DNA of 64,000 nt from Candidatus Eiseniibacteriota bacterium (GTDB lineage: Bacteria > Eisenbacteria > RBG-16-71-46 > JABDJR01). The notes below the pieces were generated by a model. That model saw only the letters and a program-made list of their open reading frames with translations. It was not told the DNA's origin and searched no databases. The DNA lies in NCBI GenBank assembly GCA_963783375.1, contig CAWANH010000029.1:1248001-1312000 (forward strand). The letters are read 5' to 3'. The number at the start of each line of letters is the position of its first letter. Position 1 is the stretch's first letter. This document shows positions 1 to 10,411 of the stretch, one piece after another. A program made the translations under genes and the position numbers.

Positions 1-812
1 GCTCGAGGAACCGGGTCACGGTGACGAAGGTGACGTCGAAGATGGGGTAGGAAAGGATCAGCACCACCGCGGCGGCGCTGGAGCCGAGGCTCAGGAACTC
101 CGAACCGCCGAGCTGCCAGCCCACCCCGGCCAGGAGCGTCCCGATGAAGAACGCCCCGGCGTCGCCCAGGAAGATGGTGGCGGGGGGAAAGTTGAAGCAG
201 AGAAAACCCAGGGACGCCCCGCCGCCGGCCAGGGCCAGGGCGGCCAGATCGGGGCGGCCGAGCTTCAGGGCCGCCGCCCCCATGAAGAGCCCCATGATGC
301 TTCCCACCCCACCCAGGACGCCGTCCATGTTGTCCAGGAGATTGAACGCGTTCAGGAGCCCCACCATCCACAGGATCCCCACCGGCCACAGGAGGAGTCC
401 TGATCGTGGGGCTGTAGGGCATGACCGGAATCAGGAAGGCGATGGAGATGGCGAGCTGGCCGGCCAGCTTCTGGCTGGGGGAAAGCTCGAACCGGTCGTC
501 GATCAGCCCCAGCACCAGGGCGGCGGAGGCGAAGAAGAGGGTCATCGGGACCGCGGCCCGGGGAAGGAGCCCCTGCCCCCAGAGGTCCGAAAGGAGCGGA
601 ACGTGCGGGGTGATGATGACGAAGGCGAGGCCGGCCGAGAGCGCCACCGCGAGGCCCCCCAGGAACGGGGTGGGACGGCGATGGACGCGGTCCTGCCGCG
701 GATAGTCGATGAACCCGGCGCTCAGGGCCAGGAAACGGCTCAGCGGGGTGAGGATGAGGGCCAGAAGAAATCCGGCGACCAGGGTCGAGCCGTATGTCAG
801 GGAGAGTTCCAC
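1..812 (-). CDS. WecA/TagO (MraY-family, glycosyl transferase family 4) undecaprenyl-phosphate HexNAc-1-phosphate transferase; 3' end runs off the window
   Basis: Not in the ORF track; translated by hand from GTG at 812 (GGAGG upstream): MELSLTYGSTLVAGFLLALILTP...FIDYPRQDRVHRRPTPFLGGLAV, NAFNLLDNMDGVLGG, FNFPPATIFLGDAGA, all MraY/WecA signature motifs. Confidence 0.9.
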   Translation of the reverse strand, partial: MELSLTYGSTLVAGFLLALILTPLSRFLALSAGFIDYPRQDRVHRRPTPFLGGLAVALSAGLAFVIITPHVPLLSDLWGQGLLPRAAVPMTLFFASAALVLGLIDDRFELSPSQKLAGQLAISIAFLIPVMPYSPTIRTPPVAGGDPVDGGAPERVQSPGQHGRRPGWGGKHHGALHGGGGPEARPPRSGRPGPGRRRGVPGFSLLQLSPRHHLPGRRRGVLHRDAPGRGGLAARRFGVPEPRLQRRRGGADPFLPHLRRHLRHRDPVPR

Positions 813-1034
813 CGCGCCTCCACGGCGATCAACGCCACGCTGAAAGCTTGAGAAAGTGTGTTCGTGCCCCCCGAGGGGCCTTGGGACCGATTGCCGCCTT
901 CCGGTTTTCCGCGGCGGCCTGAATCTCGAGGCCGGGCCTCGTCGTCTATCAGGTACCCAGGTTCAGTTCACACGCTCTCTTTTCTGGCTTTGGGCTGGCG
1001 TTCACCTAGGAGACGAGTCTCCAAGAATGAGGCG

Positions 1035-1064
1035 ACTATAGGGAGGGGGTGGAAACCCTGTCAA
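1035..1064 (-). promoter_or_regulatory. sigma70-type promoter for the wecA-like gene
   Basis: Minus strand reads TTGACA-N18-TATAGT. Confidence 0.65.
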
Positions 1065-1379
1065 GAACGACGGGTTCCGGCCGCCTCCCCGTACCCCTCG
1101 CTTTGAATCATCGGTCAGCGGGAGATTGGGCTTTAGCCCGCACCCGGGGCGCGGCTCCAAACGGATGCGGCACGAGTCGGATCATCCCTCCAGAGGGCTT
1201 GGACGGGCGGCCGGGACGGAAGTTACCCGCCATCGACGAAGCAGCGCTATCTTCAAGGGGAAATTCCGATTGCGGGCCTCTCTCCCCCTTGTTAGCGTTC
1301 CTGTTCGCCGTCGCAGCGTGCGGCGCCCCCGGTCCCGAACCGGCCGGCCCAGCGCCGGTCCTCCACGGAATTCGCGGTC

Positions 1380-2888
1380 ATGAGCCTCGGCCGGAACATC
1401 CTCTGGAACCTCTTCGCGTTCTTCACGGTATCCGTTCTCGTCATCTTCGTGACCCCATTCATGGTGCACCGGATGGGGCTCGACGCCTTCGGGATCTGGA
1501 GCGTCCTCACCGCGGTCACCACCTCGCTCTTCGCGATGGACCTGGGTCTGGCCAACGCCATGATCCGCTACCTGGCCACCGAGCACGAGCGGGGGAACCG
1601 GCAGGCGGTGGAGGGGGTGCTGCGGTCCGGCATCGCCATGCTCTCCGGGATCGGGCTACTCGTCGCGCTGGCGTTCTTCTTCCTGGCCCCCCTCGTGGTC
1701 CGCATCTGGCTGAAGGTCCCCACCGCCCTGACCGCGGAGGCCACCGCGTCCTTCCGGATTACCGCGATCACCGCCTTCCTGATCTTCCCGATCGCCGGCT
1801 TCGCCGCGGTTCCGGTGGCGGTTCGACGATTCGATCTGGTGGCGGCGCGGAACTTGATTCTTTACGGGGTCTTCTACGCGTTGGCGGTGGCTGTTCTGTG
1901 GAGCGGCGGCGGCCTGTTCCAGGTGGCCGAAGCCTACATGGTCGGCACGCTGGCCATGCTGGTGTTCCTCCTGATCATCACGCCGAGGCTTGTTCCCGGC
2001 GTGAGTCTCCTGCCCGGCTGGCACGGAGAGTCGGTTCGGGAACTGGTACGTTTTGGACGCTACCGATTCCCCACCCAGGTCTCCACCAGCCTTCTTCAGC
2101 AGTTCGACCGATTCGCCATCGCCGCAATCCTTCCGGTTGCCCAGGTGTCCTTCTACGCCGTTCCGGCCCGTATCTCCCAGCGCGTGAGCCTGGTGGTGGA
2201 GCAGATCGCCGCCCCCTTCTACCCCGCGGTCACCTCCCACCTCGCCGGGGACCGGGACGCGCAACTCGCGGACCAGTACCGGCACGGCCTCCGGCTCATC
2301 GCCGCGGTGGCGGGGGGCGCGATGGTCGTCCTCGGGGGGTTGGCCCATCCCATCCTCTCGGTCTGGATGGGCCCCGAATTCGGCGCGCTGGGGACCTGGC
2401 CGTTCCGCATTCTCCTGGCCGCCTATGCGGCCGGCGCGCTCTTCCTTCTCCCGTCCATCGCCGCCGAGGCCGCCGGCCGGCCCGCAATCCCCGCCGCCTT
2501 CCTGGTCGCCGGGTGCCTGCTGCACATCCCTCTCGTGCTCGTCCTCACCCCCCGCTTCGGCTTGATCGGGACCGCGACCGGGGTGCTGGCGGGATACCTC
2601 GTTCCCCTGACGCTGGGGGTACGTGAGATCCACCGGCGCATCGGCCGGTTGCCGGGGCTCATCCCGCTGCTTCGGGAGGTGCGCGGGGTGGCGATCGCGA
2701 CGGTGGCGGCGGGAACCGCCACGCTGTTTCTCGCGCGGACCGCCTTTCCGGGCTCGGGAATCCCGCCGCTCCTCGTCTCCATGGCCGCCGCCGGATTCGC
2801 CTATCTCGCCCTTCTCTTCACCTTTCGCGGAATCCGGCCCAGGGACCTCCGCATCCTCGCGGGTCTGGTCACCCGGACCTCCCCCTGA
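1380..2888 (+). CDS. Wzx-type oligosaccharide flippase
   Basis: 502 aa, many TM segments; N-terminal RNILWN...HRMGLDAFGIWS...DLGL and DRFAIAAIL...VSFYAVP typical of MOP-family flippases; EPS context. Confidence 0.85.
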   Translation: MSLGRNILWNLFAFFTVSVLVIFVTPFMVHRMGLDAFGIWSVLTAVTTSLFAMDLGLANAMIRYLATEHERGNRQAVEGVLRSGIAMLSGIGLLVALAFFFLAPLVVRIWLKVPTALTAEATASFRITAITAFLIFPIAGFAAVPVAVRRFDLVAARNLILYGVFYALAVAVLWSGGGLFQVAEAYMVGTLAMLVFLLIITPRLVPGVSLLPGWHGESVRELVRFGRYRFPTQVSTSLLQQFDRFAIAAILPVAQVSFYAVPARISQRVSLVVEQIAAPFYPAVTSHLAGDRDAQLADQYRHGLRLIAAVAGGAMVVLGGLAHPILSVWMGPEFGALGTWPFRILLAAYAAGALFLLPSIAAEAAGRPAIPAAFLVAGCLLHIPLVLVLTPRFGLIGTATGVLAGYLVPLTLGVREIHRRIGRLPGLIPLLREVRGVAIATVAAGTATLFLARTAFPGSGIPPLLVSMAAAGFAYLALLFTFRGIRPRDLRILAGLVTRTSP

Positions 2889-2927
2889 GAACCGCGCCGC
2901 CCGGCGCGGAGTCCACCCCCCGGCGCG

Positions 2928-2956
2928 TTGACTTCTCACTCTTCAACTTCTACCCT
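2928..2956 (+). promoter_or_regulatory. possible sigma70 promoter for the downstream GT4
   Basis: TTGACT-N17-TACCCT in an AT-richer intergenic patch. Confidence 0.45.
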
Positions 2957-3081
2957 CTGCCGGCCATGGAGATGATAGGGCTCTCCCCCTCCGCGCATGA
3001 ACCGACTCCCCCACCGATCACGGAGTGCCGCGGAGCCGGTCCGGCGGGTCCGCGTCCGGGCTGCGGGGAGGCACGGGCATC

Positions 3082-4242
3082 ATGAGGGACCCGGGCACGG
3101 CGGACGGACCCCTCCGCGTAATTCACGTCGTGCACGGCCTCACCCTCGGTGGCGCCGAGGTGGACCTCTCCCGCAAGATCCGATGGGCGATCCGGCACCG
3201 GGACCATCGTCCGACCGTGGTCTGTCTGATGCGCCGGGGCGTGATGGCTCCCGACTTCGAGGAGGCCGGGGTGCCGGTTCTGGGACCCCTGATGCGCGGG
3301 CGATACGATGTTTCCGCCGCCCGTTCCCTGCTCGGAATTCTCCGGGACGGCCGGTGGGACCTCGTTCACACGCACTTGTTCGAGGCGAGTCTCGTCCTGT
3401 GGCTGGCTACGCTCCCCGCCCACCGCGCGCTCCGGGCCCCCTGGATCGCTTCGGAACACTCGATGGCGGAGGCCTGGGGGGCGGCCGCCCTGCGCCTGGA
3501 TGGACGCTTTCTCCGGACCGCCCGGTGTCTTACCGTGCCCACGGAGGCGGCGCGGGAGAGCTTTGCCGGGCGCGGGCTCCCGCGCGCCGCACTCCGCATC
3601 CTCCCCAATGCGGTGGACGTGGACCGCCTCGAGGCGCTGGACCGGGACACGCTCCGAAAGCAGGTGAGGGCGGAACTCGGCGTGGCAGACAACGACTTCC
3701 TCGTGGGAACGATCTGCCGCCTTCACCCGGTGAAGGCCCTGGACACGCTGATCGCGGCCGCCTCCGATCTCCCCGTCCGCCTGGTCATAGCCGGGGAAGG
3801 TCGGGAACGGGAGCGCCTGGCGGCGCAGATCGATGCCCGGGGCGCCCGGAAGCGCATGTGCCTGCTCGGCCCCCGGTCGGACGCCGAACGGCTCCTGGCC
3901 GGGTTCGACATCTTCTGCCTCCCCTCCCGCTCCGAGTCCTTCGGGCTGGCGGCGGCTGAAGCCATGCTCATGGGGACGCCGGTCGTCGCTTCCCGGACCG
4001 GGGGCATTCCCGAGCTGGCCGGCGACGGCCGATATGCCGTGCTCGTTCCCCCCCACGACCCCCAGGCGCTACGCGACGCGCTGGTCTGGGCGATGGAGAA
4101 CCGGGGGGAACACCGGTCGATGACGCTGGCGGGCCGGGAGTACGTGCGGGCGAGGTGGTCGGTTCCGGTGGCCGCCGAGGCGATGGACCGGCTCTACCGG
4201 GAGTTCATCCGCCCGGGGACCGGCCCTGCGCCCGGCCGCTGA
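3082..4242 (+). CDS. GT4 family glycosyltransferase
   Basis: IHVVHGLTLGGAE, PNAVD, PSRSESFGLAAAEAM (EX7E); start placed at the ATG after GGGGAGG. Confidence 0.9.
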   Translation: MRDPGTADGPLRVIHVVHGLTLGGAEVDLSRKIRWAIRHRDHRPTVVCLMRRGVMAPDFEEAGVPVLGPLMRGRYDVSAARSLLGILRDGRWDLVHTHLFEASLVLWLATLPAHRALRAPWIASEHSMAEAWGAAALRLDGRFLRTARCLTVPTEAARESFAGRGLPRAALRILPNAVDVDRLEALDRDTLRKQVRAELGVADNDFLVGTICRLHPVKALDTLIAAASDLPVRLVIAGEGRERERLAAQIDARGARKRMCLLGPRSDAERLLAGFDIFCLPSRSESFGLAAAEAMLMGTPVVASRTGGIPELAGDGRYAVLVPPHDPQALRDALVWAMENRGEHRSMTLAGREYVRARWSVPVAAEAMDRLYREFIRPGTGPAPGR

Positions 4243-4255
4243 TTCCCGCCGGAAT

Positions 4256-5434
4256 TCACCCGCCGCGCCGAGTCCCCTTCGAGGCCAGGAGCTCTTCGTA
4301 CAATTTCTCGGTCCGGGTCACCATTCCCTCAAGTCCGAATCGCTCCGTGGCGATCCGCCGGGCCGCCGTTCCCAGGACGCGGCGCCGCTCCGGACTCTCG
4401 ATGAGAGCGGCCGCGGCCTCGGCCAACGCGCTCCAATCCCCGGGCGGAACCAGTCGACCGGTGACCTCGTCCCGCACCACCTCGACCACCCCGTCCGCCG
4501 GTGTGCTCACCACGGGCTTTCCGAGCGCCATGGCTTCCACGACCACCCGGGGCAGCCCCTCGTAGCGTGAGGAGAGGAGGAAGACGTCCATCGCGGCAAC
4601 GACCCGGGGGACGTCCTGCCTCAGCCCCACCAGGTGCAGATGGGGGTGCCGCATGAACGGCCCGAATCGGTCTTCCATGTCGCCGCGCAGGGGGCCGTCG
4701 CCGACGTAGATGAAATGACTGTTCGGGAGCCTCTCCAGAAGGGCGCGCGCGGCCGCCAGCATGACCTCGGGAGCCTTCTGATAGGCGAAGCGCCCGACGG
4801 TGCCTGCGACCGGCGCGCCGGCGGGAATGCCGAGTTCGTCCTTCACGCCGTCTCCCCGTACCCGGTCGGGGTCGAACTCGTCCAGGGGGATTGCGCTCTC
4901 GATGAGCGCGTACTGCTCGGGACGCCCCACTCCCGCGGCCAGGCCCTTCTCGCGGTCCTTCTCCGCCACCACCACGATCCGGTCCGTGAATCGCGCCGCC
5001 CACCGTTCCGAACCGATGATGAAGCGATTCATGACCCCTCCGCGGGCGGAGGTCCACTGCCAACCATGGGCCGTGTGGATGATGACCGGGACCCCGGCCT
5101 CACGGGCGGCGTGGCGGACGAGGATTCCCGCTTTGGAGACGTTGGTGTGGACGATATCGTACGGCTCACGCCGCAAGTGGTCCCGGAGGGCCAGGTAGGC
5201 CCTGAAGTCGTTCCAGGGCCGGATCTCCCGGCGAAGGGAACCGATGACCGTGGTGGGGACCCCGGCCCGCCGGGCCGCGGAGAGCAAATCGCCCTCGGGG
5301 CCGAGTTCGGGGCCGGTGAGGAGTTGGACGTCGTACCGCTCCCGATCCAGGAGCCGACAAAGGTAGAGGACGTGAACCTGGGCCCCGCCAAGGATCATGC
5401 GGGTGATGGCCTGAAGGACGCGAATACGACTCAT
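4256..5434 (-). CDS. GT4 family glycosyltransferase
   Basis: ITRMILGGAQ, HTAHG, SRYEGLPRVVVEAMA (EX7E). Confidence 0.9.
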   Translation of the reverse strand: MSRIRVLQAITRMILGGAQVHVLYLCRLLDRERYDVQLLTGPELGPEGDLLSAARRAGVPTTVIGSLRREIRPWNDFRAYLALRDHLRREPYDIVHTNVSKAGILVRHAAREAGVPVIIHTAHGWQWTSARGGVMNRFIIGSERWAARFTDRIVVVAEKDREKGLAAGVGRPEQYALIESAIPLDEFDPDRVRGDGVKDELGIPAGAPVAGTVGRFAYQKAPEVMLAAARALLERLPNSHFIYVGDGPLRGDMEDRFGPFMRHPHLHLVGLRQDVPRVVAAMDVFLLSSRYEGLPRVVVEAMALGKPVVSTPADGVVEVVRDEVTGRLVPPGDWSALAEAAAALIESPERRRVLGTAARRIATERFGLEGMVTRTEKLYEELLASKGTRRGG

Positions 5435-5708
5435 ACCCGGCCACAGGTGATCGGGCCGGGCGCCGGGCGCGGCGTCCCGACGGCTCGGTGCCCGTTCCCC
5501 GGCGCGCGACGGCTCTGGATCTGATTCGAGGTCGGAGGCATGTGCCGGTTGTACTCCCTGGTGTCGGCGCTATTCTAGCCGGGCGCCGGGAGCCTGGATA
5601 GTCTGCCGGCCCTCGACCGGATGCCCTGCCCGTGACGGCCTCACCGACACCTCGATACCGGTGCTTTCACCTTGCCTCCACCTCCGGGGCCGGACAAAAT
5701 CAACCCCG

Positions 5709-8222
5709 ATGAACCCCTGGTCGCGGACCTATCTCCTCATCCTGGCCGGACTGGCCGCCCTCTGGGTAGGGGCGGCCGCGTACCTCGGTGGCGCGGCGGC
5801 GGGCGCGCTCACTCTGGGGATCCCCTTCGTCGCCCTCGCCTTGCACCGTCCGAATTGGGGAATGTGGGGGGTTGTGCTCGCTCTTCCGCTCGGTGTCGCC
5901 TTCGGCGGAGTCGCCTTCCGTGAGGTGAGCTTCGTCATCCCCGCGGTCGTGCTGGGGGGCTGGCTGCTTCACCGGCTGCGCCAGCACCGGGACATTCCCC
6001 CCCTCCCCGGCGGGCTCATGCCGTGGTTCGTCGGCTTCCTGGTCTGGGTATCGTTCACTTCGTTCCTCTCCGTGTATCCGATCCGGGGAATCGGGGTGGC
6101 CCTCCGCTACCTCTTCCTCCTGACCACCCTGCTGGCGATCAACGATCTGTGGACCTACCGGGATCTCCGGCGGGTTCTTCTGATCTACGCGCTTCTCCTC
6201 GTACCGGTCGGCTTCTATGCGTTGTGGCAGGTATACGTCCTCGGTCCGGGACACGTGCTCTACTCCCAGGTCGCAACGCCTCAGCGCCTGACGTCCATTT
6301 ACGAAAACCCCAACGCCCTGGGCGTGACCATGGGACACGGTCTGGCCATTCTCGTTCCGTTCGCCCTGGTCTATGCCGCCCGGCCCCTCAACCTGCGACG
6401 CTGGCTGATCCTGGCCGTCCTCGCCTTGGGAATCCTGTTCCTGGCTGCCGGCCTGGTCGTATCGTTCTCCAGATCCTCCTATCTGTACTTCGCGGTGGTG
6501 CTGATCACGTTGTCCCTCTGTCATCGTCGACTCCGCAACGCGGTGGCGTCCGTCGGGGTGGCGGCGCTCCTGGCCCTGGCGCTTCTCCCCGTGCCGCCGT
6601 GGGCGGCCTCCGCCCTTCGACTCAGCTCCGGGACCTCGTTCCGGGGCTCGCTGTGGCATGCCGGCTTCAGGATCCTCCACGACCATCCCTGGACCGGGAT
6701 CGGCGCCGGCTACCAGGTATTCGAGGCGTACCGGGCCCCCTACCTGGGGACCGAAGCGGAACGCAGTCTTCTGACCACGACGAGCGGGGGCGCTCACAAC
6801 GTGTTTCTGACCAATGCCGCGCAGTTGGGTTGGATCGGGTTGATTCTGACCCTGGCCCTCTTCGCCATCTTCTGGTGGCGGGTGCCTGGAGCCCTCCGGG
6901 AGTATCGCCGCGGCGATTGGAGCCGAGGCGCCGCCGCCGCCGCGATCGTCGGTCTGACCGTGCGCGGCATGTTCGAGAGCGGCACCACCCTGGGCTCCGG
7001 CCATCTCCCCGATGTGCTCAACTTCTTCCTGTTCGGGCTCGTGCTTGTTCTCCCACCGGCGGGAGCGCGGGGACCGCGTCTCCTGGTGCCGGCGGAACAG
7101 CTTCGGGAAGGCCGGACCGGAGGCCAGATCCTCTGGGCGGCCCTGGTGGACCGCTGGAAGAGCCGCGGCTTCCCCGTGATCTGCGAAGACGAGATGCCGG
7201 TGCATCCCCGGCTCCGGAACCGCCCCCTGCTCATGGCCTTCCGCCAGATCGTGGTGCACGGCGGCTTCGACCGAGGGGTGGTGGTAGCCGACCAATCCGA
7301 CGGGGGGAGGCTAGGACTGCTGCTTCGGCGCCTGCGCCTGCGCTCCGGTGTCCGGATCGTGGTCGTGGTGCACCACCTCAGAAACGAGTTTCGGCTGGCC
7401 TTTCCACCCTACGTGAAGCTGATGCGATGGAATGAAACCGCCGTGCTCCGGCTTGCTCACCGAATCGTCGTCCACACCCACCGCGAAGAGGAAGCGGTTC
7501 GGGGCCGCGGAATTCCCGGGGACCGGATCACCCGGATCCCGGTCGGCATACCTCGTTCTGAGATTCGCAATCAGGTCCGCGCACTCGAACCGGACGAGCC
7601 GCTTCGTCTCCTCTGGATCGGGGGGGATTTCATCCGGAAGGACCTACCCACCCTGCTCCGGGCGCTGAGTTCGCTGCCCTCGCCCCGGCCCAGATTGGAC
7701 GTAGTCGGCACCCCCCATGAAGCGGGCATCGCCGATCGCATGCGGGCTCTTGCCGTCGAGCTCGGAGTGGACGACGCGGTCACGTTCCTGGGACCGGTCC
7801 CCGATGAACTCATGGAGGAACTGTGGTTGGGTCACGACGTGTTTGTCCTCCCCAGCCGTCACGAGGGACATGGAACCGCACTGGACGAGGCTCTCATCCG
7901 GGGAATGCCGGCGGTGGTCAGTGGGCTTCCCGTCTTCCGGGAGCGTCTGTCGCCCCGGGAGGTCCGATTCGTTCCGGTGGGCGACGCCGAGGCGCTGGCT
8001 TCGGTGCTTGCGGCGCTCCGGGATCCCGAGGTCCGTTCCGGATTGGCCGAGGCCGGCCGTCGGCGGGCTCAGGAATTCCCCACCTGGGAGAGCACGCTCG
8101 ACGCCTACGAGGAGGTGGTCCGAGGCGAGCTCGCCCTGGTGGCATCCTGGAGCGAGCCGGGCTCGGCCCCGGCCCCCGCGGCGATGGCAACCGGCCGGGG
8201 ACCCGTCCGCGCGAAAGGATGA
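5709..8222 (+). CDS. O-antigen ligase/Wzy-like membrane domain fused to a C-terminal GT4 glycosyltransferase
   Basis: N-half: ENPNALG, SFSRSS, RGSLW...HPWTGIGAG, AHNVFL..A.LGWIG (Wzy_C/WaaL). C-half: LPSRHEGHGTALDEAL GT4-type motif. Single uninterrupted frame. Confidence 0.8.
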   Translation: MNPWSRTYLLILAGLAALWVGAAAYLGGAAAGALTLGIPFVALALHRPNWGMWGVVLALPLGVAFGGVAFREVSFVIPAVVLGGWLLHRLRQHRDIPPLPGGLMPWFVGFLVWVSFTSFLSVYPIRGIGVALRYLFLLTTLLAINDLWTYRDLRRVLLIYALLLVPVGFYALWQVYVLGPGHVLYSQVATPQRLTSIYENPNALGVTMGHGLAILVPFALVYAARPLNLRRWLILAVLALGILFLAAGLVVSFSRSSYLYFAVVLITLSLCHRRLRNAVASVGVAALLALALLPVPPWAASALRLSSGTSFRGSLWHAGFRILHDHPWTGIGAGYQVFEAYRAPYLGTEAERSLLTTTSGGAHNVFLTNAAQLGWIGLILTLALFAIFWWRVPGALREYRRGDWSRGAAAAAIVGLTVRGMFESGTTLGSGHLPDVLNFFLFGLVLVLPPAGARGPRLLVPAEQLREGRTGGQILWAALVDRWKSRGFPVICEDEMPVHPRLRNRPLLMAFRQIVVHGGFDRGVVVADQSDGGRLGLLLRRLRLRSGVRIVVVVHHLRNEFRLAFPPYVKLMRWNETAVLRLAHRIVVHTHREEEAVRGRGIPGDRITRIPVGIPRSEIRNQVRALEPDEPLRLLWIGGDFIRKDLPTLLRALSSLPSPRPRLDVVGTPHEAGIADRMRALAVELGVDDAVTFLGPVPDELMEELWLGHDVFVLPSRHEGHGTALDEALIRGMPAVVSGLPVFRERLSPREVRFVPVGDAEALASVLAALRDPEVRSGLAEAGRRRAQEFPTWESTLDAYEEVVRGELALVASWSEPGSAPAPAAMATGRGPVRAKG

Positions 8223-8232
8223 CGTTTCCCGG

Positions 8233-9309
8233 TCAGGTCCGGGGGTCCCAGTAGACGGCCCAGGCCATGGCCGCAAACATGCCCGCGATCGCCCCGGCTA
8301 TCGCCATGAGCCCCTTGCGGGGCCGAGCCTGGCGGTCCGGCGGCACCGCCAGGTCGAGCACTTCCACCTCCGGCGTATCCCGCGCCTCCTCGATACGGGC
8401 CGCCTCCAGATCCTGGGAAAGCGCCTCGTACAGGGTCTCCTGGATTCGCACCTCCCGTAGGCGGCGGGCCACCACCATCCCCAGGCCGGGAAGCTGTGCG
8501 GCCTCGGACTCAACCGCCCGAAGCTCCAGCTCCAACTCCCGACGGGCCGGCGCGTCCCCCACCCCCATGGCGTCCAACATGTCCAACCGGACCGCCAGGG
8601 CGAGCCTCCGACCGATCAGGTCCCCGGCGGACAGGGCCGCCTGGGTCAGGTCCCGGGACAGCACGGGAAACCGGGCGCTGCCCTCGGCGCCGGCGAGCCG
8701 CGCTTCGGCCGAGTCCAGATCGGCCCGGACCCGCGCCACACGCGCCTGCAGAAACTCCCCCTGCCGGCGACCGGCGGTGGACCGGGTCGCGCGGTACACC
8801 GAGTCCAGCTCGGCGACGTAGGCATTGGCCAGCCGGGCGGCCAGCTCCGGGTCCTTGTCCTCGACCCGGATCTCCACGATCCGGTGCTTGCCGGGGGCGA
8901 TCACGGTATGGCCGCGGAGCGCGGCCATGGCGCGAACCCGGCGTTCCTCGTGATAGTGCTCTCGCAGGTCGAATCGGTCGACAAGGCTACGGGCCACGGT
9001 ATCGCTCTGCAGGATGGCCAGGTAGATGTCGTAGGTGGTGACTCCGGCAGCATAGGGGAAGAGGCTCTGGATCTGTAGGGCGGCGATGAGCTGTTGCTGC
9101 GCCATCAGGTGCGGTTGGGTTTCGCGGGGAGGGAGGACGGTCGATCGGGCCTCGTACCACCTGGGAAGGAGGAACCCCGCGGCCAACGCGAGCACCCCGG
9201 AGAGGAGCGAAACCAGGGCGAGAAATCGCCAGCGCCGCAGGGCCAGCCGCACGAAGTAGACCAGACCGGGCTCCTGCCGTTCCCGCGCCTCCAAGGCGGG
9301 GTCAGGCAC
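8233..9309 (-). CDS. Wzz/GumC-type polysaccharide co-polymerase (no kinase domain)
   Basis: N- and C-terminal TM helices, coiled-coil middle, EVLDLAVPPDRQARP motif; GTG start overlaps the upstream stop. Confidence 0.8.
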   Translation of the reverse strand: MPDPALEARERQEPGLVYFVRLALRRWRFLALVSLLSGVLALAAGFLLPRWYEARSTVLPPRETQPHLMAQQQLIAALQIQSLFPYAAGVTTYDIYLAILQSDTVARSLVDRFDLREHYHEERRVRAMAALRGHTVIAPGKHRIVEIRVEDKDPELAARLANAYVAELDSVYRATRSTAGRRQGEFLQARVARVRADLDSAEARLAGAEGSARFPVLSRDLTQAALSAGDLIGRRLALAVRLDMLDAMGVGDAPARRELELELRAVESEAAQLPGLGMVVARRLREVRIQETLYEALSQDLEAARIEEARDTPEVEVLDLAVPPDRQARPRKGLMAIAGAIAGMFAAMAWAVYWDPRT

Positions 9310-10411
9310 TTCGGGCCTCGCGCACCCTGCGGCCGGCATCCAGGAGCAGGCCGGTCAGGAGGGCGATCAGGCCGGAGACGAAGAACACGATGAGCACGGT
9401 GATGGTTCGCTGGGGGCGGCTCTTCTCGGTCGGGGGAACCGGTGGGTCCAGGATCTGGACCCGGGGAACGTCACGCGCCTCCTTGAGACGCGCGTCCTCG
9501 AGTTGGGCGCTGAGGTACCCATAGGTCCGCTCCAGAACCTTGAGGTCACGGGTCATTCGGGCGAGTTCCGATCCGAGGGCGGGAAGCTCGTCGAGCTGGC
9601 GGTCCAGCGCCGCGATTTCGAGTTCCTTGGCTCGGAGGGCGGGGGCGTCGGATCCCAGGGTCCGGCGGAGGATTTCGGTGTCCGTCTCCATCCTCACGCG
9701 TTGGGTCAGGAGGTCCGCTCCCGCCTCTACGGCGCCCACGGTTCCGGAGGATAGCGCTGCGCCCCCGTGCTCGGTCTGGTACGCGGCAAGGGAATCCTCC
9801 ATTGCGCTCAACCGATCGCGCGTCTTGGCCACCCGGCGTTCCAGGAACTCACGTGAGCGTTTCCCCGCAGTAGACCGGATCTCGGCGCTGATCCGCTCCA
9901 TTTCCTCGATCACCCCGCTCACCACCTGGGAGGCGAATTCGGGGTCCCGATCGCGATAGGTGACGGTCAAGAGCCCCTGAGGATTCTTCTTCGTGCCCAG
10001 GCGCGCATACCACTGGCGGAGCCGGGAGTGCCTGCGGCTGGTCTTGTAGCGCTCACTCAGGTGGAACCGGTCGTTCATCGCGTCGGCCAGGCGCTCGCTC
10101 CGGATGATCGGCACTTCCACGTCCGTTTCACCGCCCAGGCCGCCGAGGCTACTCAGGGGAAGATTGGAGATGCTTCCCCCCAGGAGGGACATGGCGGTGG
10201 AAATGAGGCTGGACTCCTGGCGGTCCTGGGGCAACACCACCGCACGCGCGGTGTACTCGACCGGAGCCACCAGCACCGCCACCACCGCGATCAAGGTGGC
10301 GATTCCGGTGATCCCCACGATCGGGAACCGGTGGCGCCAGAGAAAGTCGAGAAATGAGGCCAGGCTCCCGGGTTCCAGTCCGGACGGGGAGGGCGCGGGG
10401 CCTTCCGTCAC
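9302..10411 (-). CDS. Wzz/GumC-type polysaccharide co-polymerase, paralog 2
   Basis: YTARAVVLP, DRDPEFASQV, QILDPPVPPTEKSRP followed by a TM helix. Confidence 0.8.
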   Translation of the reverse strand: MTEGPAPSPSGLEPGSLASFLDFLWRHRFPIVGITGIATLIAVVAVLVAPVEYTARAVVLPQDRQESSLISTAMSLLGGSISNLPLSSLGGLGGETDVEVPIIRSERLADAMNDRFHLSERYKTSRRHSRLRQWYARLGTKKNPQGLLTVTYRDRDPEFASQVVSGVIEEMERISAEIRSTAGKRSREFLERRVAKTRDRLSAMEDSLAAYQTEHGGAALSSGTVGAVEAGADLLTQRVRMETDTEILRRTLGSDAPALRAKELEIAALDRQLDELPALGSELARMTRDLKVLERTYGYLSAQLEDARLKEARDVPRVQILDPPVPPTEKSRPQRTITVLIVFFVSGLIALLTGLLLDAGRRVREARSA

